Below are positions 9,824 through 18,177 of a stretch of DNA of 32,000 nucleotides, one piece after another. The DNA is taken from contig NC_017039.1 in NCBI RefSeq assembly GCF_000284455.1, forward strand, positions 480,001 through 512,000, given 5' to 3'. Every line of letters starts with the position of its first letter. The first letter of the stretch is position 1. The stretch is from Synechocystis sp. PCC 6803 substr. PCC-P (GTDB lineage Bacteria; Cyanobacteriota; Cyanobacteriia; Cyanobacteriales; Microcystaceae). The notes beneath the pieces are model-generated. The model was not told the origin of the DNA and made no database searches. It worked only from the letters and a program-made list of their open reading frames with translations. The translations under genes were made by a program, and so were the position numbers.

Positions 9824-10990
9824 ATGCAGGGAACCCTGAACGAAATTGATCTCCGGAGTATCCTGCGGCTCATTGAATTGGGCCAGCGGACGGGGCAACT
9901 TTTCGTTGAGGTCTATCCCCATCAGAGTTGTGGTCGGGTTTTGCTAGACAAAGTTGGCTATTGGTTTTTCTTTTTTGTAGATGGCAAGTTGGTTTACGCT
10001 GCGGATCAAGACTGTGGCAATTTGCGCCGCCTCCAGGATTATCTTCGTCACCATGACATTGCTATTCCCCTCGGAGAGATGGAACTGGAAAGCCTAGCCC
10101 TGAACCACATTCCCGAATACGCTTGTCTGTGGCAATTACTTTCCAAAAATATTCTCACCCCCGCCCAAGCCCACCGCATTGTTTTAGGCATGGTGCAAGA
10201 GGTGCTGTTTGATGTGTTGAGTTTACGCCAGGGAAATTTTGTTTTTGCCTTGGGAAGTGCCCTAGAGCCGCCCCTTACTTCCTTTGCAATTACCCCCCTA
10301 TTAACCCACGTCGGGCAACAAATCCAAGCTTGGAAACAGTTATACCTACGCATCCAATCCCCCGACCAACCGGTGGCGATCGCCAAGGATCCGGAATTGG
10401 CTAGTAAAATACCGGCCAAATTTGCCCAACATTTCCGCAGTTGGACCGATGGAGCCATTCCCCTACGCCAAATCTCCCGCTACCTACAAAAAAATTTGCC
10501 CGCCATTGCCCATGGCCTTTATCCCTACATCGAATCAGGGGCGATCGAAATATTTCCGGCCCATGAATCCCAAGGTGAGAACGGTTCAGCCTGGGAAACC
10601 TTGACAGACCACACCATCCATAAAGTCGTTTGCCTCGACGACGACTATGCCATTGGGAAACAAATTGAACTTTTTTTAACCAATCAAAACCCCAACTGTG
10701 AGGTGGTGGTGCTCCAGGATCCCCTCCAGGCCATGACCACCTTATTGACTTTGCAGCCTGATCTGATCCTTTGTGACATCACCATGCCCCACCTGGATGG
10801 CTATGAAATTTGTCGAATGGTCCGCCATGCCCAGCACCTAAGGGCAATTCCGATCATTATGCTCACTGGCAAGGAAGCCTACCTCGACCGACTCCTGGCC
10901 CGGATGGCAGGGGCGACGGATTACCTGACCAAACCCTTCACCCAAAAAGAACTAATTTCATTAGTTGAATCTTACTGTAAAAAATCATGA
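9824..10990 (+). CDS. pilG: PatA/PixG-type response regulator (N-terminal PATAN/DUF4388, C-terminal receiver)
   Basis: ATG at 9824 (MQGTLNEIDLRSILRLIELGQRTGQLFVE...); C-terminal REC domain with VVCLDDDYAIGKQ, DLILCDITMPHLDGYEICR, IPIIMLTGK, GATDYLTKPF. Confidence 0.88.
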   Translation: MQGTLNEIDLRSILRLIELGQRTGQLFVEVYPHQSCGRVLLDKVGYWFFFFVDGKLVYAADQDCGNLRRLQDYLRHHDIAIPLGEMELESLALNHIPEYACLWQLLSKNILTPAQAHRIVLGMVQEVLFDVLSLRQGNFVFALGSALEPPLTSFAITPLLTHVGQQIQAWKQLYLRIQSPDQPVAIAKDPELASKIPAKFAQHFRSWTDGAIPLRQISRYLQKNLPAIAHGLYPYIESGAIEIFPAHESQGENGSAWETLTDHTIHKVVCLDDDYAIGKQIELFLTNQNPNCEVVVLQDPLQAMTTLLTLQPDLILCDITMPHLDGYEICRMVRHAQHLRAIPIIMLTGKEAYLDRLLARMAGATDYLTKPFTQKELISLVESYCKKS

Positions 10991-11185
10991 TCTTTTGATC
11001 ATTATCTCCATCCCCCGTCGCAGCACCGACAATTTTGCGGTAAATTGTCAACAACAATGGGCTCCCCAACAAAAAATAATACTGACTGAATTGTTAAGGG
11101 AGCGACTATGATGGAAAATAAACCAGGCAGGATTCGCCAATTTGCTTCGGATCCAGGTTTGCAGTGCCAAGCAGAAAGGACTTTT

Positions 11186-11551
11186 ATGAACGCAGTTTTG
11201 CTGGTTGAAGACAGCTCTAGTCAGCGCGAGATGATATCTGGCATCCTCAAAGACCATGGCTGGCAGGTCACCATCGCCTGTGATGGGGTGGAGGCCCTGG
11301 AAAAATTGCAGAATTTTAGTCCGGACCTAGTGGTGCTAGATATTGTCATGCCCCGCATGAATGGCTATGAGGTTTGTCGACGCATCAAATCCGATCCGAA
11401 AACCAAAAATGTGCCAGTGATTATGTGCTCCTCCAAGGGGGAGGAATTTGACCGTTTTTGGGGCATGCGTCAGGGAGCCGACGCCTACATTGCCAAACCA
11501 TTTCAGCCCATGGAACTGGTGGGCACCATCAAACAACTCCTGCGCAATTGA
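11186..11551 (+). CDS. pilH: Single-domain CheY/PilH-type response regulator
   Basis: MNAVLLVEDSSSQREMISGILKDHGW...PDLVVLDIVMPRMNGYEVCRRI...VPVIMCSSKG...GADAYIAKPF. ATG at 11186 is preceded by GAAAGGA. The ATG at 11108 would add 26 aa. Confidence 0.9.
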   Translation: MNAVLLVEDSSSQREMISGILKDHGWQVTIACDGVEALEKLQNFSPDLVVLDIVMPRMNGYEVCRRIKSDPKTKNVPVIMCSSKGEEFDRFWGMRQGADAYIAKPFQPMELVGTIKQLLRN

Positions 11552-11609
11552 TTGTGGGGTTTTATGAAACTTGGGTTATGGTTATTTAGGGTTTTAGGTG
11601 GGGAAATCT

Positions 11610-12161
11610 ATGGTTAGTTCTAATTCCGCTGATATTTTCGTTGATGGCAAACAGGAATTAGATCCGGCGTTTCAGGAACTGCAGGCCCTGGAAGGGGAAC
11701 TTCATCTCAGATTTTATTTGCCCTCCCGGGAAGAGTTTGCCCTGCCAGCGGTTTCCATTCGAGAAGTGATGCAACAGGAGCCAGACCGCATTACCCCCAT
11801 TCCTAATGCCTCGCCCCTATTGTTAGGAACTATTAACCTCCGGGGCCAGGTCATTTGGGTAGCAGACCTAGGGCGTTTTTTGGGGAATAATGCCAATCTC
11901 AACACCGACCGGGCGGAAATTCCCGTCATTGCGGTGGAAGATCAAGAAACTCTTTTGGGTTTGGCAATCGACTCCCTCGGTAATATGGAATGGTTGGACA
12001 CGGACAATCTTCAGCCGGCCAACGATGTGCCGGATCACATTGCCCCCTACGTCCAGGGAGAGTGGCAGATTCCCGCTAACGATGCCCCCTCCTCTCCTCC
12101 CCAAATTTTGCGCCTTCTAGACCATGTGGCGCTACTCCGATCCGCCCGCTGGGCAACTTGA
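11610..12161 (+). CDS. CheW-like adaptor protein
   Basis: VSIREVMQQEPDRITPIPNASPLLLGTINLRGQVIWVADLGRFLG is a CheW-domain signature. ATG at 11610; the track start at 11598 is a GTG. Confidence 0.88.
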   Translation: MVSSNSADIFVDGKQELDPAFQELQALEGELHLRFYLPSREEFALPAVSIREVMQQEPDRITPIPNASPLLLGTINLRGQVIWVADLGRFLGNNANLNTDRAEIPVIAVEDQETLLGLAIDSLGNMEWLDTDNLQPANDVPDHIAPYVQGEWQIPANDAPSSPPQILRLLDHVALLRSARWAT

Positions 12162-12231
12162 TATATCCAGCTAAGGCAATGGATTTTTATTCACCTTGGC
12201 CTACCTAAAACCGACTGAGGAAACCGGCAAA

Positions 12232-14841
12232 ATGGCAACAGAAACCAATTTTTCGCAGCTTTATGGGTTGGCCTACGCCGCCTATGGACAGGGGAATTAT
12301 CAAGAAGCTTCTTCCCATATTGAACAATTGGCCGCTGATTTTCCCGAAGATCCTAATGTATTGTTGCTCCGGGGGCATATCTATGTCGGCCTGGAACAAT
12401 ACGCCCTAGCCCACCAGGCTTATCAGGGGGTAATTCGGTTTTCCGATCGCCAAGACTTAATTGACTGCGCTAACCAGGCCCTAGGGCAAATCCAAGAAGA
12501 GGAACCAAGGGGCAACGGAGCCAAAGATTCCCTTGACCAGGATTGGCAAAGTGACATCGATGCCATTGACAATTCCATGGCCTGGGAAACAGGAGTGTTC
12601 ACCGAAGAGGATTTCGGCGAGCCCACTTTGGGCCGGGCCCCCAGCCCCACTAATCCGGGCATGGACCATCCCTTTGGCCGCAGCTCTGCTTCCTTTGGTA
12701 CCAGTGGGGCCAGGAGTTACGAAATTGAAAACCTAGATTGGAGTCCGGAAGCTTTCACCGATGACCTGGACTCCGATGATGAACAGACCATGATGCCCCA
12801 AACTGGCGAGTCTACTTTTGTGGTGCCACCGGCCTTTGGTGAAGGGATAGCGGATTTTGCCGATTTAGCGGCGGATGTCTCCTCAGCCGGCATTGGCGGG
12901 ACAGATGGTGCCGAATATCCCCCATATCAAACTTGGGACGGGGGCGACTGGAGTGAAGCTCTCGGTTTGGATGATCCTGAAGCCTTGGCTCAGGCCCCTA
13001 CCCCCACCTCTGGCGATTACGGCGCTGGCAATAACCTACCGAGTTTTGATGCGTTTGAGGAAGGGGTGGAGGATGAGTTGTCCGATTTTAACCTGACGGA
13101 TATTGCCCCAGAGTTGCCCGATTCTTCCCTCTTTAGCCAAGCCACTAATTTGGACATAGGTGCGGTGGGTCGCATCGATGACACCCAGGGCGGTGATACG
13201 GTGGTCCATGGAGGTAATGCAGCGCCACCGGGCATGGCCACTTGGTTGAAACCGGATGGGGCCGCCACCGGGGATTTATCCAGCGCCACTAGTCCCTTTA
13301 ATGACCGGCCCACCAGTGAGGTAGATGCGGGTTTTCTCGGTTGGTTCACCAATGCTTCCCTGTTTAGAAAGCAGATTTACATGGCGATCGCCTCCGGTGT
13401 GTTTTCCGGGTTCGCGGTGTTGGTATTGGGAAGCATAGTGGGTTTAGGGGGAACTCCCAAAGACGTACCTGCTCCTTCAGGGGAAACCACCACCGAAGCT
13501 CCAGCAGAAGGTGCCCCCGCAGAGGGCCAGGCCCCTTCCCAGACCCCAGAGGAAGAACCGGGCAAACCATCCCTCCTCAACCTCGCCTTCCTCACAGCCA
13601 TAGCCACGGCGATCGGAGTCTTTCTGATCAATCGATTGCTGATGCAACAGATTAAGAGTATTATCGACGACCTGCAAAATCAGTTTGAATCCATCTATGA
13701 GGGCAATTTCAATGTCCGGGCCAAGGTGCGATCGGAGGATGAATTGGGGGCTTTGACCCAACGGTTTAACTATATTTCCCAAGTTATTCTCACGGCCACT
13801 AGTGAAGCCCAGGAACGGGCTGCTACCACCGAAAAAGTGCGGGAAAAATTACAGCGCCAAGTAATTCGGCTCCTGGACGATGTAGAGGGAGCTTCCCGGG
13901 GAGATTTAACCGTACAAGCGGAAGTAACGGCGGATGAGCTGGGAGCGGTGGCCGATGCCTTTAACCTAACTATCCAAAACCTGCGGGAGATTGTGTTACA
14001 AGTTAAAAATGCCGCCAAGCAGGTGAATAACAACTGTAAAGACAGTGAGTCCTTTGCCCGCAATAACTCCAGCGATGCGTTGCGAATGGCGGAGGAATTG
14101 GCCGTCACCCTCAACTCTGTTCAGTTAATGACGGAATCCATTGAACGGGTAGCAGAAAACGCCCGGGAAGCGGAGGAAGTGGCCCATACTTCATCTTTAA
14201 CTGCCCTCAAAGGTGGGGAAGCGGTGGAAAGAACGGTGGGGGGCATTCTGCAAATTCGGGAAACGGTGTCGGAAACTGCCCGCAAGGTAAAACGGTTAGC
14301 GGAAGCATCCCAGGAAATTTCCAAAATTGTGGCGGTTATTTCCCAAATTGCCTCCCGGACTAACCTGTTAGCTTTGAACGCCTCCATCCAGGCGGCCCGG
14401 GCAGGGGAAGCAGGGCGGGGCTTTGCCATCGTTGCAGACGAGGTGCGACAGTTGGCGGATCGTTCTGCTAAGTCGTTGAAGGAAATTGAGCAAATCGTTT
14501 TGCAAATTCAGAGTGAAACCGGCTCCGTAATGACCGCCATGGAAGAAGGTATCCAACAGGTAATCGACGTAACTGACAAGTCGGAACAGTCGAAACGGGC
14601 CCTGGAGGATATTATTGAGGTGTCTAATCGGATTAACACTTTGGTGCGTTCCATTACTGCTGATACCGTCAAGCAGCAGGAGAACTCCGGTGCAGTGTCC
14701 AACGTCATGCAGTCCATTGAGCTGACGGCCCAGGAAACTTCCCAGGAATCTCAACGGGTAGCAGGATCTTTGCAAACCCTGGTCTCCATTTCCCGCGACC
14801 TGTTAACTTCGGTGGAACGGTTCCGGGTGGAAAGTCGCTAG
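12232..14841 (+). CDS. Methyl-accepting chemotaxis-like transducer (PilJ-type role)
   Basis: ATG at 12232 ([26 protein letters not shown]...); TPR-like start, long acidic linker, two hydrophobic helices, HAMP-like region, and MCP hairpin tip [51 protein letters not shown]. Confidence 0.92.
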   Translation: MATETNFSQLYGLAYAAYGQGNYQEASSHIEQLAADFPEDPNVLLLRGHIYVGLEQYALAHQAYQGVIRFSDRQDLIDCANQALGQIQEEEPRGNGAKDSLDQDWQSDIDAIDNSMAWETGVFTEEDFGEPTLGRAPSPTNPGMDHPFGRSSASFGTSGARSYEIENLDWSPEAFTDDLDSDDEQTMMPQTGESTFVVPPAFGEGIADFADLAADVSSAGIGGTDGAEYPPYQTWDGGDWSEALGLDDPEALAQAPTPTSGDYGAGNNLPSFDAFEEGVEDELSDFNLTDIAPELPDSSLFSQATNLDIGAVGRIDDTQGGDTVVHGGNAAPPGMATWLKPDGAATGDLSSATSPFNDRPTSEVDAGFLGWFTNASLFRKQIYMAIASGVFSGFAVLVLGSIVGLGGTPKDVPAPSGETTTEAPAEGAPAEGQAPSQTPEEEPGKPSLLNLAFLTAIATAIGVFLINRLLMQQIKSIIDDLQNQFESIYEGNFNVRAKVRSEDELGALTQRFNYISQVILTATSEAQERAATTEKVREKLQRQVIRLLDDVEGASRGDLTVQAEVTADELGAVADAFNLTIQNLREIVLQVKNAAKQVNNNCKDSESFARNNSSDALRMAEELAVTLNSVQLMTESIERVAENAREAEEVAHTSSLTALKGGEAVERTVGGILQIRETVSETARKVKRLAEASQEISKIVAVISQIASRTNLLALNASIQAARAGEAGRGFAIVADEVRQLADRSAKSLKEIEQIVLQIQSETGSVMTAMEEGIQQVIDVTDKSEQSKRALEDIIEVSNRINTLVRSITADTVKQQENSGAVSNVMQSIELTAQETSQESQRVAGSLQTLVSISRDLLTSVERFRVESR

Positions 14842-14929
14842 GGTCAGGGCAGTGTATTTCCCCCAGCCTTGGTGTCGAAACATTGGAGTGGGGCCCACAT
14901 GTCCCAGTCATTAATTATTGCAGTGAAGT

Positions 14930-15721
14930 ATGTCGGATCGAGGCTCTCGCCACTCCCTCAGTCTTTGGTTCCAGCGTTTGGTTGCAGCCTTTTTTTTAAC
15001 CGGCCAAGTTTTTTTGCACATTTTGCAAGGGCGCATTAATCGGCGCAATACCCTGGAGCAAATGAATATGGTCGGCCCCGAATCCATGGCGATCGCCTTG
15101 ATTACTGCTGGTTTTGTGGGTATGGTGTTCACCATTCAAGTGGCGAGAGAATTTATTTACTATGGGGCCACCACGACCATTGGGGGAGTTTTATCCCTAT
15201 CGTTAACTAGGGAATTGGCCCCGGTGCTGACAGCGGTGGTGATCGCCGGGCGGGTGGGGTCCGCCTTTGCGGCGGAAATTGGCACCATGCGGGTAACAGA
15301 ACAATTGGATGCTCTGTATATGCTCAGGACAGATCCGATTGATTATTTGGTCGTTCCCCGGGTGATCGCCTGTGGATTAATGTTACCGATTTTGACCGGA
15401 TTGTCTCTGTTTGTGGGCATGGCGGGAGGATTGGTAATTTCCTCCAGTCTTTATGCCATTAATCCAACCATTTTTTTAAACTCTGTGCAAAATTTCACCC
15501 AGCTATGGGATGTATTTGCTTGTTTGTTCAAATCTTTGGTATTTGGCGTCATCATCGCCATTATTGGTTGTAGTTGGGGCTTAACCACCACTGGGGGGGC
15601 CAAGGGAGTAGGCGAGTCCACCACCACTGCAGTGGTCACGTCCCTATTGGCCATTTTCATCAGCAACTTTTTCCTATCTTGGTTAATGTTTCAGGGGACG
15701 GGGGATACCGCCCTAGGCTAG
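14930..15721 (+). CDS. MlaE/TRIC-type ABC transporter permease
   Basis: 263 aa with AREFIYYGATTTIGGVLSLSLTRELAPVLTAVVIAGRVGSAFAAEIGTMRVTEQLDALYML, characteristic of the MlaE family. Confidence 0.9.
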   Translation: MSDRGSRHSLSLWFQRLVAAFFLTGQVFLHILQGRINRRNTLEQMNMVGPESMAIALITAGFVGMVFTIQVAREFIYYGATTTIGGVLSLSLTRELAPVLTAVVIAGRVGSAFAAEIGTMRVTEQLDALYMLRTDPIDYLVVPRVIACGLMLPILTGLSLFVGMAGGLVISSSLYAINPTIFLNSVQNFTQLWDVFACLFKSLVFGVIIAIIGCSWGLTTTGGAKGVGESTTTAVVTSLLAIFISNFFLSWLMFQGTGDTALG

Positions 15722-15850
15722 AGGGCTATGGCATTGACCTTGGTTATGGGAGCCATAGCATCTCCGTGGGTTTCTGTGGGGACAAAGCTCTGCTACAGTC
15801 GGTTAAACGAATCTTTCTATCCCTCTAATCCCCTAACAGCACCCAATCCC

Positions 15851-16108
15851 ATGAATATTTTCGGCATTGGCTTACCCGAACTAGGTTTAATCTTTGTTAT
15901 TGCCCTATTGGTGTTTGGCCCTAAAAAATTACCAGAAGTGGGGCGCAGTTTGGGCAAAGCTCTGCGGGGATTCCAGGAAGCTTCCAAGGAATTTGAAACG
16001 GAACTGAAACGGGAAGCCCAAAATTTGGAAAAGTCAGTACAAATTAAGGCAGAACTAGAAGAAAGTAAAACCCCAGAGAGTAGCAGTAGCTCAGAAAAGG
16101 CCAGCTAA
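15851..16108 (+). CDS. tatA: TatA/Hcf106-type twin-arginine translocase subunit
   Basis: [49 protein letters not shown]. Internal ATG at 15851 gives the canonical TatA N-terminus; the track ORF starts 41 codons upstream at 15728. Confidence 0.92.
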   Translation: MNIFGIGLPELGLIFVIALLVFGPKKLPEVGRSLGKALRGFQEASKEFETELKREAQNLEKSVQIKAELEESKTPESSSSSEKAS

Positions 16109-16110
16109 CC

Positions 16111-16134
16111 CCTCCTTGGCGATCGCCAAGGAGG
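16111..16134. repeat. 24-bp perfect palindrome centred on a HIP1 octamer
   Basis: CCTCCTTGGCGATCGCCAAGGAGG equals its own reverse complement; starts 2 nt after the tatA stop codon. Confidence 0.9.
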
Positions 16135-16312
16135 CAAGATTAGTTCATGGTGGGTTCCATTGACTTGATGGTGGTGCCCCTAACCGTCAATGGTTAAATG
16201 GTTGACTCCAAAGAATAGGCTATAGTTAATAGGTATGGAAACTGTCATCCCAGTTTTTTTCTACCCTGCTGAATTATTTAAACCCTTTTTTAAACATTTT
16301 TATCTTTACTAA

Positions 16313-16422
16313 GAGCGTGTTTGAAAAGCCCCCCTGGCCCCCCAAATTTGGGGGGAAACTAAGTCAAAGTCCCCCAGCATTGGGGGATTTAGGAGGCAGA
16401 ATCAGACTTTATAAACAGGTTC
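16313..16422 (+). mobile_element. 110-bp MITE-like element, copy B, inverted relative to copy A
   Basis: GAGCGTGTTTGAAAAG...CTTTATAAACAGGTTC; four mismatches to the reverse complement of copy A; flanked by TAA at 16310-16312 and 16423-16425. Confidence 0.8.
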
Positions 16423-16551
16423 TAACTAACGAAAATTTTAAATAAAAATAATACTTGGAGGAGAATAAAAGTTTTTAGTTTTAACCCCAAAAAACATAGC
16501 GCATCGGTTACCATCTGCTGATGGATAGATAGCTTGTCACACAAGAGTTCC

Positions 16552-17946
16552 ATGCAAAATCTTTCCCTGCAAAAAGCACTTAAAAAGCCGGAAGTCAAAA
16601 CTCTACTCCAGCAGTTGGGCGATTCCTTGGGGAAAAACTTTGCTATTTTTGACATCGGAGGTCACTGTCTTTGGGGCAAGGCCCAAGATTCCCAGCCAAA
16701 AGTTGATATTTATTGCCACCAAGTATTAATGGGGACCATAACTGGGGAATTTACTGAGCATTCCGCCGAGGCGATCGCCGCTATGCTAAGTTACATTGTG
16801 CAAACGGAGTATGAAAAAAAGCAGTTAGCCAAAGATACCCTACAAAAGTATGAAGAAGTAGTTTTTCTTTCACAATTTGCGAATGCTGTTGCCACCTGCA
16901 CTGGGCTACAGGAGCTAATCGAAGTAATTAGGGCTGAGATTCGTCAAGTTATCAGTGTCGATGAAATATTTTTATATCTTTATGACCAAAGTCAGGATAG
17001 CCTAACTCCACTTTTGTATAAAACAGAAGAATCATTACAGAATTTTAAAGCAATTGAAAAAATTGTCGAGCGCGTTTTAAAGCTTAATCAAGTCGAAGTA
17101 ATTGATGACATTCAAAATGACCAAGATTACCTCAATCAACCCTCTAAAATTCGCTCTTTACTTTGTTATTCTCTGACTGTCCAAAACTCAATTATTGGCG
17201 TTCTTGGTCTAGCTCACTACCAAGTCAAGCACTTTGATTCTAGTGACTTAAATCTTTTTTCCACCCTCACCGGCCAAGTAGCGGCAGCAATTCGTACTGC
17301 TCAATATTACGAAACCATCAAAAACTATTCCCAAACTCTAGAAATTAGGGTGAAGGAGCGTACCATGGAGTTGGAATTTGCCAAACAACAACTAGAGCAA
17401 GTTAACCAACGACTCAAACATTTAGCCATTTATGATGAACTAACCCAAATTCCCAATCGTCGCTATTTTACCAGTTACTTAGAACAGGAATGGCGACAAT
17501 GTTTGCGGCAAAAATCTCCAATTTCCTTAATCTTATGCGACGTAGATTATTTCAAAAACTATAATGATCTCTATGGTCATCAGATGGGGGATAAATGTCT
17601 CCAAAGTGTGGCTAAAGTTATTCAAAATGCATTGAAACGTCCTTCCGATGTGCTCGCTCGCTATGGAGGTGAGGAATTTATTGTGATTTTGCCCTACACC
17701 GATCAATCAGGGGCTTACACCGTGGGCCAACGCATCCACCACTGCCTAGCCGAGGCACAGATTTCCCATGCCGATTCCCCTACGAGCCGTTACCTCACCA
17801 TAAGTTTAGGGATTGGGACCACCGTGCCCCTATTGCATTATCATCCCAGTGATTTAATTAAAATTGCTGACCAGGCCCTCTATGCAGCCAAGGCGGCCGG
17901 GCGTAACCAAACGAAGCTGAAAACTTTATCTTTTCAATGTAGTTAG
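16552..17946 (+). CDS. GAF-containing diguanylate cyclase (GGDEF)
   Basis: GAF-like region followed by AIYDELTQIPNRRYF and the active-site motif RYGGEEF, with RPSD located 5 residues upstream (I-site pattern RxxD). ATG at 16552; the track start at 16534 is a TTG. Confidence 0.9.
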   Translation: MQNLSLQKALKKPEVKTLLQQLGDSLGKNFAIFDIGGHCLWGKAQDSQPKVDIYCHQVLMGTITGEFTEHSAEAIAAMLSYIVQTEYEKKQLAKDTLQKYEEVVFLSQFANAVATCTGLQELIEVIRAEIRQVISVDEIFLYLYDQSQDSLTPLLYKTEESLQNFKAIEKIVERVLKLNQVEVIDDIQNDQDYLNQPSKIRSLLCYSLTVQNSIIGVLGLAHYQVKHFDSSDLNLFSTLTGQVAAAIRTAQYYETIKNYSQTLEIRVKERTMELEFAKQQLEQVNQRLKHLAIYDELTQIPNRRYFTSYLEQEWRQCLRQKSPISLILCDVDYFKNYNDLYGHQMGDKCLQSVAKVIQNALKRPSDVLARYGGEEFIVILPYTDQSGAYTVGQRIHHCLAEAQISHADSPTSRYLTISLGIGTTVPLLHYHPSDLIKIADQALYAAKAAGRNQTKLKTLSFQCS

Positions 17947-18007
17947 TTAAAATTGTGGGATCAAATATTAATTGGTAAGTTTTGATAATTAATTGACTAA
18001 TTAGCCC

Positions 18008-18175
18008 ATGAGTCTTGTTTTTTTAGTAGTATTTTTTCTGTTAACCAACGCTATCTTTACTAAGGTGTTGATCAGCTTGCCTGAATACTTGGTTAATCAG
18101 GGGGCAATGGTGGGGCGCTTTGCCGTACTAGGGTTAGTTGTTCTTTTGCTTAGTTGGACAATGGGGGATGATTGA
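18008..18175 (+). CDS. Putative small two-helix membrane protein, 55 aa
   Basis: Reads MSLVFLVVFFLLTNAIFTKVLISLPEYLVNQGAMVGRFAVLGLVVLLLSWTMGDD*; stop is 2 nt before the sbcC ATG. Below the size cutoff of the supplied track. Confidence 0.6.
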   Translation: MSLVFLVVFFLLTNAIFTKVLISLPEYLVNQGAMVGRFAVLGLVVLLLSWTMGDD

Positions 18176-18177
18176 CT

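Noticed and set aside
12205-14775. Many minus-strand ORFs antisense to the MCP gene
   Set aside because: Low-complexity antisense translations of a clearly coding gene; no family signal.
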